Part shown: positions 24,445 to 35,382 of the stretch, piece by piece
How positions within the stretch are numbered: the stretch's first letter is position 1
Layout: every line of letters starts with the position of its first letter
Origin: Ginglymostoma cirratum
Taxonomy: Eukaryota
Assembly (NCBI GenBank): GCA_024137785.1
Contig: JAHRHZ010000032.1
Location: 13,688,400 to 13,752,399, forward strand
Reading direction: 5' to 3'
Length of the DNA stretch: 64,000 nucleotides
Made by a program: the position numbers and the translations under genes
The notes under the pieces: generated by a model
Seen by the model: the letters and a program-made list of their open reading frames with translations, nothing else
What the model was told of the DNA's origin: nothing
Databases searched by the model: none

Positions 24445-25540
24445 AAAACTAAACAGTGTGGAGCTGGAGGAACACAGCAGGCCAGGCAGCATCAGAGGAG
24501 CAGGGAAGTTAGTGTTTCAGGTCGGGACCCTTCTTCAGAAATGGGGAGGGGGAAGGGGGGTGGGAAATAAGTAGAGAGAGGAGTGGTGGGGCTGGGGAAA
24601 GATAGTTGGGATGGTGATAGGAGAGTGCAGGTAGGGAGTGGTGGGATTGGTAAGTGGGATGCGTGGGGCAGATAGGTGGAAGAGAAGATGGACAGGTTGT
24701 GTTGGGTCAAGGAGGTGCGAGCGCAGATGGATGGAGAAAGGTAGGTGGTGTGGTGATAGGTTGGATGCAGGTAGGGGATAGTGGGGATTGGTCAGCAGGA
24801 AGGGTCAGACGGGTAGGTGGGGAAGAAGGTTGTGTCAGGTCAAGGAGGCAGGGATGAAAGTGATGTTTGGATGTGGGGTGAGGCCAGGGGTGGGGAGATA
24901 TTAAAACTGGTGAATTCTATATTAAGGCCATTGGGGTAGGCTCCCCATGTGGAATATGAGGTGTTGTTCCTCCAGTTTGCGTGTGGTGTCATTGTGGCAC
25001 TGGAGGAGGCCCAGGATGGACATGTCACCCAGGGAATGGGAGGTGGAGTTAAAATGGTTGGCGACTGGAAAGTGTTGTCATTTGTTGTGTACCGAGTGCA
25101 GATGTTCCATGAAATGGTCCCTGAGTCTGCACTTGGTCTCAATGATGTAGAGGAGGCCACATCAGAGGCAACAGATACAGTAGACCAATTTGGAGGACGT
25201 ACAGGTGAATATCCCTGTACATCCCTGTTAGATGTGAAAGGTTTGCTTTGGGCCTTGGATGGAGGTGAGAGGGGAGGTATAGTGGTAGGTATAGCACTTC
25301 CTGCGGTTGCAGGGAAAGGTGCCAGGGATGGTGGGGTTAGTGGGGACTGTCGAGTGGACGAAGGAGTCACGGAGTGAGCGGTCCCTATGAAAGGCAGATG
25401 GGGTGGGAGGGAAATATCTCTTTGGCTGTGGGGCTGGATTGTAGGTGATGGAAGTGGCGGAGAATGATATGTTGGATGCAGAGGCTGGTGGGGAGGTATT
25501 TGGTCCTCACATACCACCCCACCAACCTCCGCACTTCCAA
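24445..25540 (-). mobile_element. Penelope-like element (GIY-YIG region + pLTR) with short 5' inverted segment
   Basis: Reverse-complement homolog of 14870-15888; hammerhead core CTGAAGAAGGGTCCCGACCTGAAAC at ~24514-24538; 25502-25535 (GGTCCTCACATACCACCCCACCAACCTCCGCAC) is in the opposite orientation. Confidence 0.9.
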
Positions 25541-26134
25541 ATAATTTTGCTAACTTCGCTGTGCATATAATAACATTTTGAAGAATGCTGGATAACTTGC
25601 AAACAATTCCAGAATTATCAATTGTGAGAGCTGCTTTTGACATGCTGGCATAGCTAAAGAACTCTTGACCCCCACTGTGAATAGCTGATGGTGGTCTCTG
25701 TGATGTTTTTTTACTTGCATCTACTAACAGTCTGCACCCATAATCTAGATAAGGTTTTCAAAATTATAATGGTTCCAGACAGCATACCCCTAAACCATTA
25801 AGCTTGCAGATAACAAAACATTAACTGGCTCCCCTTCTTTATTCACCATCCCCTCAACTGGTTGCAAACAGTTTAATTTAGAAACGGATCTCTTCTTTTG
25901 GGGAATTCCTCCTCTCAGACTCATATGAATATATGTTTTCATAGGAGCCAGGCGTTCCTGAATTAACAAAGAATGAGTTTATTAAATACTAAATACAAAA
26001 TAAGAATTAGTAATGTAACACAGATACACACGGGTGAGAAAGATCAGTCATTGAATTGTTCATTTTGATCAGATAGTTGAACATTGTAGCTACAGACAGA
26101 ATTCTGAATTCTGACTGTTTGGGGAAGGGGTAGC

Positions 26135-26745
26135 ATTGAGGTTGTAGACATGCTCACCGGGCCAGTGGATTTAGCTGCAAATGTTTCGTCACTCTGATAG
26201 GTAACATCATCACTGCGCCTCTGGTGAAGCGTTGGTGTTCTGTCCCACTTGCTATTTATATGCCTCAGTTTGCTGGGGTGGTTGGTATTAGTTCCAGTTT
26301 TGTTTCTCAGTAGTTTGTACACACAGGGTCTAATTCAATTTGTTTGTTGATGGAGTTCCGGTTGGAATACCAGGTCTCCAGGAATTCCCTGGTGTGTTTC
26401 GGTTTGGCTTGTGCAGTTATGGATGTGTTGTCCCAGTCGAATTCAGGTCCCTCATTGTCCGTGTAGTGAGACAAGTGAGAATTGGTGGCATCTCTTGATT
26501 GCTAGTTGGTGTTCACGTATCCGTTTAGTCAATTTTCTTCCAGTTTGGTCTATGTGGTGTTTTTCACAGTTCTTGCAAGATATTTTGTATATTACCCTAG
26601 TTTTGCTCCTAGGTATCAGAGTAGCCCACAAACCAACAACCACCCTATGACAGCTACTGAAGAACGTCAAGGATCCCACACTCAAAACCAGCATAACAGC
26701 TAAAATACTCCAACCCAGGAAACATCTCATGTCCACAACCCCCAC
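26135..26745 (-). mobile_element. Second, distinct Penelope-like family (GIY-YIG + pLTR hammerhead) with 5' inversion
   Basis: Minus ORF SKTRVIYKISCKNCEKHHIDQTGRKLTKRIREHQLAIKR; + strand 26620-26700 encodes the upstream VAHKPTTTL..LLKNVKDP segment; core GTGATGATGTTACCTATCAGAGTGACGAAAC at 26183-26213. Confidence 0.85.
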
Positions 26746-26759
26746 AGTGCAATCACACC

Positions 26760-27420
26760 CTTCCTATAGTGTAGAGCCCAGAACTGCACACATACGCTGG
26801 TTGTGGCCTAACCCCAAAATATTGTACAGATTTAATGTAACCTCCCTGCTCATATAATCTATGGCCTGACTGATAAAGGTATTTGTCCCATATGCCTTCT
26901 TAACCAGCTTATTAACTTGACCTGCCGCCTTCAGGGATCTGTGGACAAGCACACCAAGATACCTGCCTCCCTTTGACCTTCCTAGGGTCTTGCCATTCAT
27001 TAAATACTCCCTTGTCTTGTTGTTTTTTCCAAAGCATATCACCTCACACTTTTCAGGATTAATTCCATCTGCTGCTGATCTGCCCATCTGAAAAACCCAT
27101 CTATATATTACTGTAACTTAAGACCTCTTTCCTCACTATTAACCACACAATAAAACTTCATGTCATCTGCACACCTACCTGTAATTCCCTCACATTGCCT
27201 TCTAAATAATTTATTAAGCATACACAAACAGTAAGGGGCCCAGCACTGATCCTTGTAGTTTGTCACTCGATACCAGCCTCCAGACATTCAAACAGCTTTC
27301 TATCACCACCTTCTGTCTACTACCACTAGGCCAATTTTGGATCCATCATGCCAAATTACCCTGGATCCCATGTACTTTTACTTTCTTTATCAGTCTCCCA
27401 TGTGAGATGTTAAAATCCAC
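26760..27420 (-). mobile_element. CR1 LINE RT fragment
   Basis: ORF 26764-27087 NPEKCEVICFGKNNK...LGVLVHRSLKAAGQVNKLVKKAYG. Confidence 0.85.
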
Positions 27421-27429
27421 ATAAACGAG

Positions 27430-27585
27430 ATAAGTAAAGTTGCCATAGTCCCAGAGGACCATAGGGAGAGATCATTCATTAGACAGAGAGGGCTGGTAGT
27501 GATTTTAATCAGAAGGTCAGCACTCCTCAGGTGAGGTTAAGAAAGCTGGACTTGCATGATAACCTCGGTGAGTATGGGAATTGAA
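27430..27585 (-). mobile_element. tRNA-derived SINE, second family (unnamed)
   Basis: AAGTAAAGTTGCCATAGTCCCAGAGGACCATAGG; homologous to the 9545 and 10360 copies. Confidence 0.6.
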
Positions 27586-28776
27586 GGGATATGTGTGTCG
27601 ATTCAATATTGCCCTGAACCCAGGTGCAATCCCCCAGTATATGTAAACCAAAATTACTATCCTGTTGTTCCTTAATTCATAGGGCTAAATATTGCTTTAA
27701 CAAACATGATATTTAAGCTTTGTGCCCGCAACACCTCATTCTTGATTCTAGCACCACTAGAAACAGCTTCCTTCTTTCTATTCATCGAAAGCTTTTATAA
27801 TTGTAAAACTGATACAGATATCCCAAGTGGGAACAAGCCAACAGCCAGAGGCAAAGACATGTTGGGCTACAGTGACCTTGACTACAACAGGAAATGCCAT
27901 GTTAGCTGCAGCAGACATGTGGCAACCCCATTGTCTTATAAATAAAAGATGAATAATTAATAATCAAAAGATCTTGCATAAAAATCATCAACTTCTCTTT
28001 TGGTCAAACATAAAGCAAAATGGATTGACGGCCAGTTTATAAACCTCATTAATTGATTACTCATCTCTAACAAGTCAGGTTTCTTTAAAAGAATTCCATT
28101 TCAACATCCAAAAATGATATACTAAAATGTTTACTGAACTCCACAGCATAAGCATTACAGAGGTACAGTACTCCATGGAAAGACTTGTGGGTCATTCTTA
28201 GGTTGCTGTTGGGTATGGCAAGGATCAATATTTGGGACTCAGGAAATCACAACATATGTCAGTGATCTGGATGTGGGGCACAAATGTAATATTTCCAAAT
28301 TTGTGGATGACACAAAACCCAATGGAAATGTCAGCTACGAAGAGGATGTGAAGAAGCTTCAAGAAGGTATGGACTGGCTGAGTGAGTGGGCAAGGACATA
28401 GTGTATGGGATATATGTAGATAAGTGTGAAGTTATCTACTTCGGTTGGAGGAATGAGGGCACAGGACTTTATCTAAAACGCAAGAGATTGGAAATTATTC
28501 ATATCCAAAGAAAACTAGATTTCTTGTGCGTAAGTCAAGGGAAGTCAATATGCAGATGCAACAAGCAATTAGGATGGCCATTATTACAATCAGATTTGCG
28601 TACAGGAGTAAATCTGAATCACTTCCATTGTTTAGAACCTTGACGAAACTGCACCTGGAACATTTTATGCAGTTTTGATCTCTGACCTGGGAAGAACATA
28701 TTTGCCGTAGCTGAACTGTGTGCAGTGAAAGTTCATGAAACTAATTCCTGGCATAGTGAGAATATCCTGTGCGGAG

Positions 28777-29025
28777 GGTTCAACACCTCATTTTTACTAT
28801 GGACGTCCAGTCCCTATATACCTGTATTCCCCATGCTGATGGCCTAAAGGCCCTCCGCTTCTTCCTGTCCCGCAGAACGGACCAATCCCCCTCCACCGAC
28901 ACCCTCATCCGCCTAGCCGAACTCGTCCTCACCCTCAACAACTTTTCTTTCAATTCCTCCCACTTCCTACAAACAAAGGGTGTGGCCATGGGTACCCGCA
29001 TGGGTCCAAGCTATGCCTGCCTCTT
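28777..29025 (+). mobile_element. Young Penelope-like element RT segment running into an assembly gap
   Basis: Open frame IFTMDVQSLYTCIPHADG...LTLNNFSFNSSHFLQTKGVAMGTRMGPSYACL (PLE RT motifs); CpG-rich and without stops. Confidence 0.9.
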
Positions 29026-29425
29026 NNNNNNNNNNNNNNNNNNNNNNNNNNNNNNNNNNNNNNNNNNNNNNNNNNNNNNNNNNNNNNNNNNNNNNNNNNN
29101 NNNNNNNNNNNNNNNNNNNNNNNNNNNNNNNNNNNNNNNNNNNNNNNNNNNNNNNNNNNNNNNNNNNNNNNNNNNNNNNNNNNNNNNNNNNNNNNNNNNN
29201 NNNNNNNNNNNNNNNNNNNNNNNNNNNNNNNNNNNNNNNNNNNNNNNNNNNNNNNNNNNNNNNNNNNNNNNNNNNNNNNNNNNNNNNNNNNNNNNNNNNN
29301 NNNNNNNNNNNNNNNNNNNNNNNNNNNNNNNNNNNNNNNNNNNNNNNNNNNNNNNNNNNNNNNNNNNNNNNNNNNNNNNNNNNNNNNNNNNNNNNNNNNN
29401 NNNNNNNNNNNNNNNNNNNNNNNNN
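29026..29425. other. Assembly gap (400 N)
   Basis: Run of n. Confidence 1.
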
Positions 29426-31529
29426 TGGAAGAAGAAAGGATATTTTTACTGCCTTGTGAGTGAGGGTCTAAAAACCAGAAGTAAAGTCTCAAACTAATGG
29501 AAAAGCCATTCAAGACTGAGGTAAGGAAGGATTTCTTCACTCAAAGAATAGCATAATATTTGGAATTCTCTTCCCCAGAGGGTTGTAGATACTCAGTCAT
29601 TTAATTATTTACAACAGTAGTGTTTGATTAAGTGATCAGACAAGTCATTGATTGCTCTACCCTGTAGGTGGAAGAGTCAGGTGACTGACTTCTGAATCTC
29701 AAAGAAAGTTCTAGACAGTGAGAGAGAGAAAAGACATGCTGTTCTTGTCTATGACTACATGTATATTGCACGTTCTGTAAAGTTTAAAGATGTCTTAAGT
29801 CATGTCAATAAACTGTTTGAATTCAGAAAGATCGCTGCATTACTCTGAGATCAATGAATAAATAAAGCAAACCAATTCCACCATAACAACCTCAGAAAAC
29901 AGCTTTTGTCTACCATAACAAAAATTGGATGCCTAAGCACTCTCATGAGACTGCATGTAGAGCACAATTTTACTTAAAAATCATGTCCCTGGTAATCAAT
30001 CTGTGAAAGTTTGCATGCCTGCTATTGATTGCGGATTTTGTTGCAGGAGGTGGCACGACTTTGTGACAGCCTCCTTGGCAAAACAGCTTCCTTATGCACG
30101 GCCAGTTGACTGTAGGTATGTGCTGCTAAGCTTCACTGTGTTGGGAGGGTATGGATTTGTACAAGCAGGCCTCCTTCTGTTTTCTCTCCTTGTTGTGTAT
30201 TGTCTTCACTCCTTCCTCTTGCTGCCAATCCTCCTTTATCAGCTACAAGGACCGTAATGTAAACAGAAGCGTGATGATGGAATCTTCCTATAATTACTGA
30301 AAATTCCGCACATTGACAACCTTTTGAATTTGACTATGCAGCAAAAACTCAGTGCTGAATACATCATTAATGGCACAAAGTCCTCTAGAATTTTACCATA
30401 TGGGAATCCCTTTAAGCGTCTCAATCTAAAAACTGCAGCCACTCAAATGATCTAGCCTGTTTGTGGGTCAGATCAAGAACTAGTATGAGCAAAAGCAGAA
30501 ATGGTGAAGGGGTTTGTAACAGCATTGTACGTTTATTAATTAGGCCTGATTCCATAGTATCTTCCATTACCTCAAACTGCCCCAAGATCAGAACTTAATG
30601 AGAATAAATGCTCATGCAATTCTTTAAACCTACTAGCAATTTCACTTGCACCACGGCATATCTTTTAGCACAGAACTTTCAGTATCAAGATGAAAATCAG
30701 TTCCTATGTTTGCATATCATAAGTTGACTATGATGAAATTGACGTAAGTAGTCTAACATGTTAATCTATCAGATAAAAAAACGATCACATTGTGAAGAAG
30801 GTCAAAAATGTTGCAGGAAATCTCTTCTGATAACTTTAAGGTGTAATTATTTATGAATGAGTGGAAAAATATAAACTTTGGTGTTAAGTCAAGCACATTT
30901 ATATGCATTATTGAGGGAGTTCCCAGTTGATAAAACAATGCAGATACTTTTTCTATTAATAAAATGTTTTTCAATATATCACTTATTCTAATGGTTGCTT
31001 AGCAACTAGTTTCCGGCAAAATTAATATCTTAATCAGTGTGGTAGCAAGTGAATTTTTTTTTGGTTAGAACTTATGTTAATGCTTGTCCAACAGTACTAT
31101 AATATTAAGTGAGATGCCACCTCAAGATTTTGCAACATAGTCAGCTTTTTCTTAATATATCTATGGAATAATAAACACAAAGATAAATCATTAAATCAAT
31201 ACAACTTGAATTTTATTAATTCTAAAGAAGACCGCTAAAACAAGGAGCAGCTGAAGTCTGTCTTTTGTATTTACCTCTTAACTCAACCCTTATTTTTTTT
31301 AAAAAAATTCAAATCATATTATGATGCAATAGGGAATGGAGCAGTCTAGACACCCAGCCTGGCCAATATTTTTTTTTTGCAAGTTCTATATATTTGCTTC
31401 TAATGCAGTAATATTTTGGAAATTTTACTCACCCAACCACAAATATGTTATATTCCAAAACAGTCAACATGTTTTAACTCAAATTCTCTAATAAATTCAT
31501 GTGTATATGTTTATATCTTTTGTTTAAAT

Positions 31530-32483
31530 TGTTACAACCGAGGCTGGAAGAGTGAACTGTCTCCCTCCAGTTCAACTGCTCCACTGGTGACAACATAAAT
31601 TTACCCATCCACCGATGGGGCCAGTTACGTACTTCATCTATATTGGGTTCAAAATAAAATGATTAATCAATCAAGTTTAGTTTGACAAACAACAAAATTA
31701 TTGATTTATTATAAATACAGAACTGAGATTTGATAAACCTGATTAGCACGCAGTTTAATGTATGGAACTACAAATATTTATGTTCCTAAATAACTCAAAA
31801 TATACACAAATATACACACTTATCAGTTAAAAGAAACACAAAGATACTTTAGCATTTTGTCAAATCTTTTCATCGTGCACTCATCAGAGTTCTCAAGAAA
31901 TGTTATTTGTCAAGATTCACTTTGTAAAAAATTCTTCTCCCAAGTACTTGTTACTTCTCAGAGAACAAAAAAGATAATGAATTACATGCTCCAGATGGCT
32001 TTCAGTCTGGCATCCCTGCACCACATAACAGAATGTCACTTGACACATGTATTTGTCATTGGGATCTTCTCAGAAGCACAACATTCAGGAAATGTTAAGA
32101 GGAAGTCTTCCAGAAACCTCTCAGGTACAATATCTGTTGCGGTTTATCAGTTCTCACCGGGAATCCCCTGAATGGTTTCTCAGAAAGATGGCAAAGGCTG
32201 AGCTGGCTAACTTATCCCTTCACAAGCTAAGCACACCTCAACTCTAAACAATATCAAAGAGCCAAAATCCTGACAGCAATAAACACAAATATGTGACTTA
32301 CCGTAAGTCCAAACAGTTCCACAGTCTATCAGCCTTGGCTGTTTACTTAGTTTAAAACATGGGACTGCCAGCAAGTGGTTTGAAAAGTAAGTATCCCACT
32401 GCATCCTTTCAGTAATGGTTTAAGAAAGCTAGGCCCTGGTATCTACTCAGCACTTCAACTGACTAATTTTCATAATCTTGTAC
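31530..32483. mobile_element. Probable solo LTR
   Basis: Begins TGTTACA and ends ...CTTGTACA (TG...CA), ~950 bp, non-coding; no TSD confirmed. Confidence 0.35.
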
Positions 32484-33112
32484 ACGTCAGTCCTCAAACT
32501 ATATTAATAATGCATGTGCCTTAATTGAAAAAAATTGCTGGCTAGATTTCTAAAATAAAATGTAAGTACAGAAATACCTATTTTGGCTTAATTCATGAGC
32601 AGGGTATAATAGAAATATTTTAACAGTTGAAAGTGTCTGAATTTAAAGTTTTATATGTATTGACCAGCAACACTACAGAAGACTAGGTGAAGTAAAACAG
32701 TCCATTCAGTTCATCATTCTTGCACAGTGAGGTTGATTTGGTTACACACAAGACAAAGTGCTGATGAATAGGTTATGCAATGAATCAACCCCTTTTGCAA
32801 GTTTAATTCCTGGAAGTTTGGAGGACATTGTAAAAATGAGCAATTGAAGTTTTGATAATGGACATTGATAGAATTAAGACATAAAATGGTTAACAATGTG
32901 AAAGCTGTACTTGAATTTGAGGTAAGTATCATTTCAAAGGTGTAAATTAGAATAAGTGGGTGGGTGGTTTGGTGGTTAACGAGAAATGTATGATGACACC
33001 GGATGTAACAATTATTTTAGCATTTTGACTTCCCTGTCAGTTCAGTAACACTTTTGCATGTAACACTGAAATTAGCTACAAAGAAAGAACAAGCAATGCT
33101 GTGAGATACATC

Positions 33113-33222
33113 AACAGCAACAACAAAAACAGAAGTTTCTGGAAAAGTTCAGCAAGTCTGGCAGCCTCTGTCAAGAAAAAAATCAGAGTTAACGTTTCGG
33201 GTCCGGTGACCCTTCCTCAGAA
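33113..33222 (-). mobile_element. 110-bp Penelope-derived mini-insertion with intact minimal hammerhead core and perfect 14-bp TSD
   Basis: TSD CTGTGAGATACATC at 33099-33112 and 33223-33236; minus strand AGTT-CTGAGGA-A-GGGTC-ACCG-GACCC-GAAAC-GTT-AACT. Confidence 0.9.
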
Positions 33223-33224
33223 CT
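33187..33224 (-). ncRNA. Minimal type I hammerhead ribozyme motif
   Basis: CUGANGA box, 5-bp stem II with tetraloop, GAAA box, palindromic AACGUU at stem III, stem I AGUU/AACU. Confidence 0.7.
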
Positions 33225-33659
33225 GTGAGATACATCTGTTGTCAGGATGGGTTTTATTTATCATGCAACTGCTCTTTTGGCATTAAACATGAATGGTAAG
33301 TGGCTCCTTCGTTTGATTAAGTAATATTTCTTATATTGGAAGAACCAATTAAAATCACTCAATAAAGTGGAGAAGAATGCAAAGATGAAGTGATAATATG
33401 AAGATAGTGCAGAAACCTTTGTCAAGGCTACACAGAGTAGAATTTGTAAAGACACAATTACACTAGTATTTTTGCACTAATAGAAATTGTTTTTAGGTTG
33501 GTTTGGACATGTAGACAATATGTTCCAATCTAACTTCCAAATGTAATACAGAGGAGCTGTGGGTTTTTCTTCAAACTGGTATTGTTGCCTCACTTCAGCC
33601 TCAAATCAGAAGTAAAGTAAATTCAGCATAGCTACCTTTGCCTGCTACTTTAACACACC

Positions 33660-34200
33660 ACCCTGTTCCCTGACCAACGTCTCTGTCTCTGGCTTGCTGC
33701 AGTGTTTCAGCTAAGCCCAACGCAAGCTAGAAGAACAACACTCATTTTCTATTTGGGGACCCTGCAGCCCTCCAGACTGACTATCGAGTTCAATAATTTC
33801 AGGGTCTAAACTCTCTCATGTCCCAATCCTCTAACCCACACACCAGGCTTTGTTATCACATAGCCTGCCATTACACACCCACTGTTGTTAGTCACTAGCA
33901 GTCCCCATTAACAACTATTCACCCTCCCAGCCTGATCGTTATCAACTCCTTTGTTTGTCCAACTGTTCTCTCTCTTTAGGCTCTATCCTATCATTTACTC
34001 CCTACCCCACCCACCCTCCCTATTTTCTTCCTATAAACTGACATTATCCCAGCCACTATCAGTTCTGAGAAAGGGTCACTGGACCCGAAATGTTAATTCT
34101 GATTTTTTTCTTCACAGATGCTGCCAGATCTGCTGAGCTTTTCCAGCAACTTCTATTTTTGTTCCTGATTTACAGCATCCACAGTTCTTTTGTTTTTTTT
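33660..34200 (+). mobile_element. Penelope-like element 3' end (same family as 33113-33222)
   Basis: RKLEEQH-type GIY-YIG C-terminal coding, then pLTR with CTGAGAAAGGGTCACTGGACCCGAAATGTT (core G mutated). Confidence 0.8.
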
Positions 34201-34679
34201 TAAATGTAGTTCAACTTGTAGCACAATGTGGGTCTTCCAAACTGACTCTACAGATACCAGTGTGAGACCAGTTAGTTTAACACAACTAGTGAAAAATGGA
34301 TATGTGAGAAAAATTCAGAGAGAGTTGCTAAATTACAGATTATGAAAGTAAAACCCATTCATAAATCAGAACAGCTTGTAACTTGCCATACTTGTCCAAG
34401 ATTGTCCAAGTAGATTGACCTCTTGAAGTTAGCACCAGTATATATTGTATTCTTTACAGTTGCAAATATGATGAAATTTCATATCTCTGTGTGGTAGAAT
34501 GAAATGGCCAATTACACCCACGCGCTTCAGCAAATAAATGAATTACTATAAAAAATGACAAATTCCATTGCAAAACTGTCTAAATAATCTGAACTCAATA
34601 AAATATTAATTTTGTGAGATCAAGTGGAACAGATATTATGTTCTAGGCAGTAACTGCACTTCAAATAGTACAGTAAGAG

Positions 34680-35382
34680 GAGATGGTTGAGGAATAGTAA
34701 TGTCATTAGATTAGCAATCAGGAGGTCCAGGTTAATGTTCTAGGGAAATAGATTCAATCATAGAATCCCTACAGTGTGGAAACAGGCCCTTCAGCCCAAC
34801 AAGTCCACACCAACCCTTGGAGCATCCCCCCACTTCCATCCCCCTATAACCCACTTAATCTACACATCCCTGAACACTATGGACAATTTAGCATGGCCAA
34901 TCCATCTAGCTTGCACATCTTTGGACTGTTGGAGGAAACCGGAGCACCCGAAGGAAACCCACGCAGACAAGGGAAGAATGTGTAAACTTCACACAGACAG
35001 TCGCCCGAGGGTGGAATTGAACCTGGGTACCTGATGCTGTGAGGCAGCAGTGCTAACCACTGAGCCACCATGCCACCCCAAGTCTCATTTAAATTCAGCT
35101 CATAAAAAATTCGGAACTGAAAGCTATTCCTGATAATAGGGACCATGAAACCATAATAGATCGTAGTGAAAGTCCGTTTGGTCCAATAACATCCTTTTGG
35201 CAATCAAACTTGCTATCCTTAACTGTTGTTACCTACATGTGACTCTGGACCCACAGAAATTTGGTTAACTCTCAACTTGTGCAGAAGTAGCCTAGCAAAA
35301 CACTCAGTTGAAGGCAAGTAGGGATGAGTAACAAACACTGGCCTTATCAGCCATGCCCAAATCCCATGAAAGAATAAATACA
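34680..35382 (+). mobile_element. Older SINE with L2-like tail, interrupted by an HE1 SINE
   Basis: Head GTAATGTCATTAGATTAGCAATCAGGAGG, tail CTGGCCTTATCAGCCATGCCCAAATCCCATGAAAGAATAAA resembling the LINE tail at 23670-23715. Confidence 0.55.
34756..35079 (-). mobile_element. HE1-type V-SINE
   Basis: Full-length reverse-complement copy: CATAGAATCCCTACAGTGTGGAAACAGGCCC...CACTGAGCCACCATGCCACCC. Confidence 0.92.

Larger units (their letters stand above)
28200..29610 (+). mobile_element. CR1 LINE fragment interrupted by a Penelope insertion and a gap
   Basis: ISKFVDDTK and VDKCEVIYFG motifs; resumes after the gap with GATTTCTTCACTCAAAGA...TGGAATTCTCTTCCCCAGAGGG. Confidence 0.75.

Noticed and set aside
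24840-25643. 267-aa Pro/Ser-rich ORF, the longest in the window
   Set aside because: Alternative-frame read of a C-rich Penelope element; the same applies to 15002-15628.
28769-29540. Long ORFs of 159-242 aa in the ORF track
   Set aside because: Artefacts of the 400-N gap; only the first ~85 codons (Penelope RT) are real sequence.
30003-30257. Hydrophobic 84-aa ORF resembling a transmembrane segment
   Set aside because: GTG start, upstream of the Ig leader exon, no recognisable homology or convincing exon structure; likely a pyrimidine-rich compositional effect.
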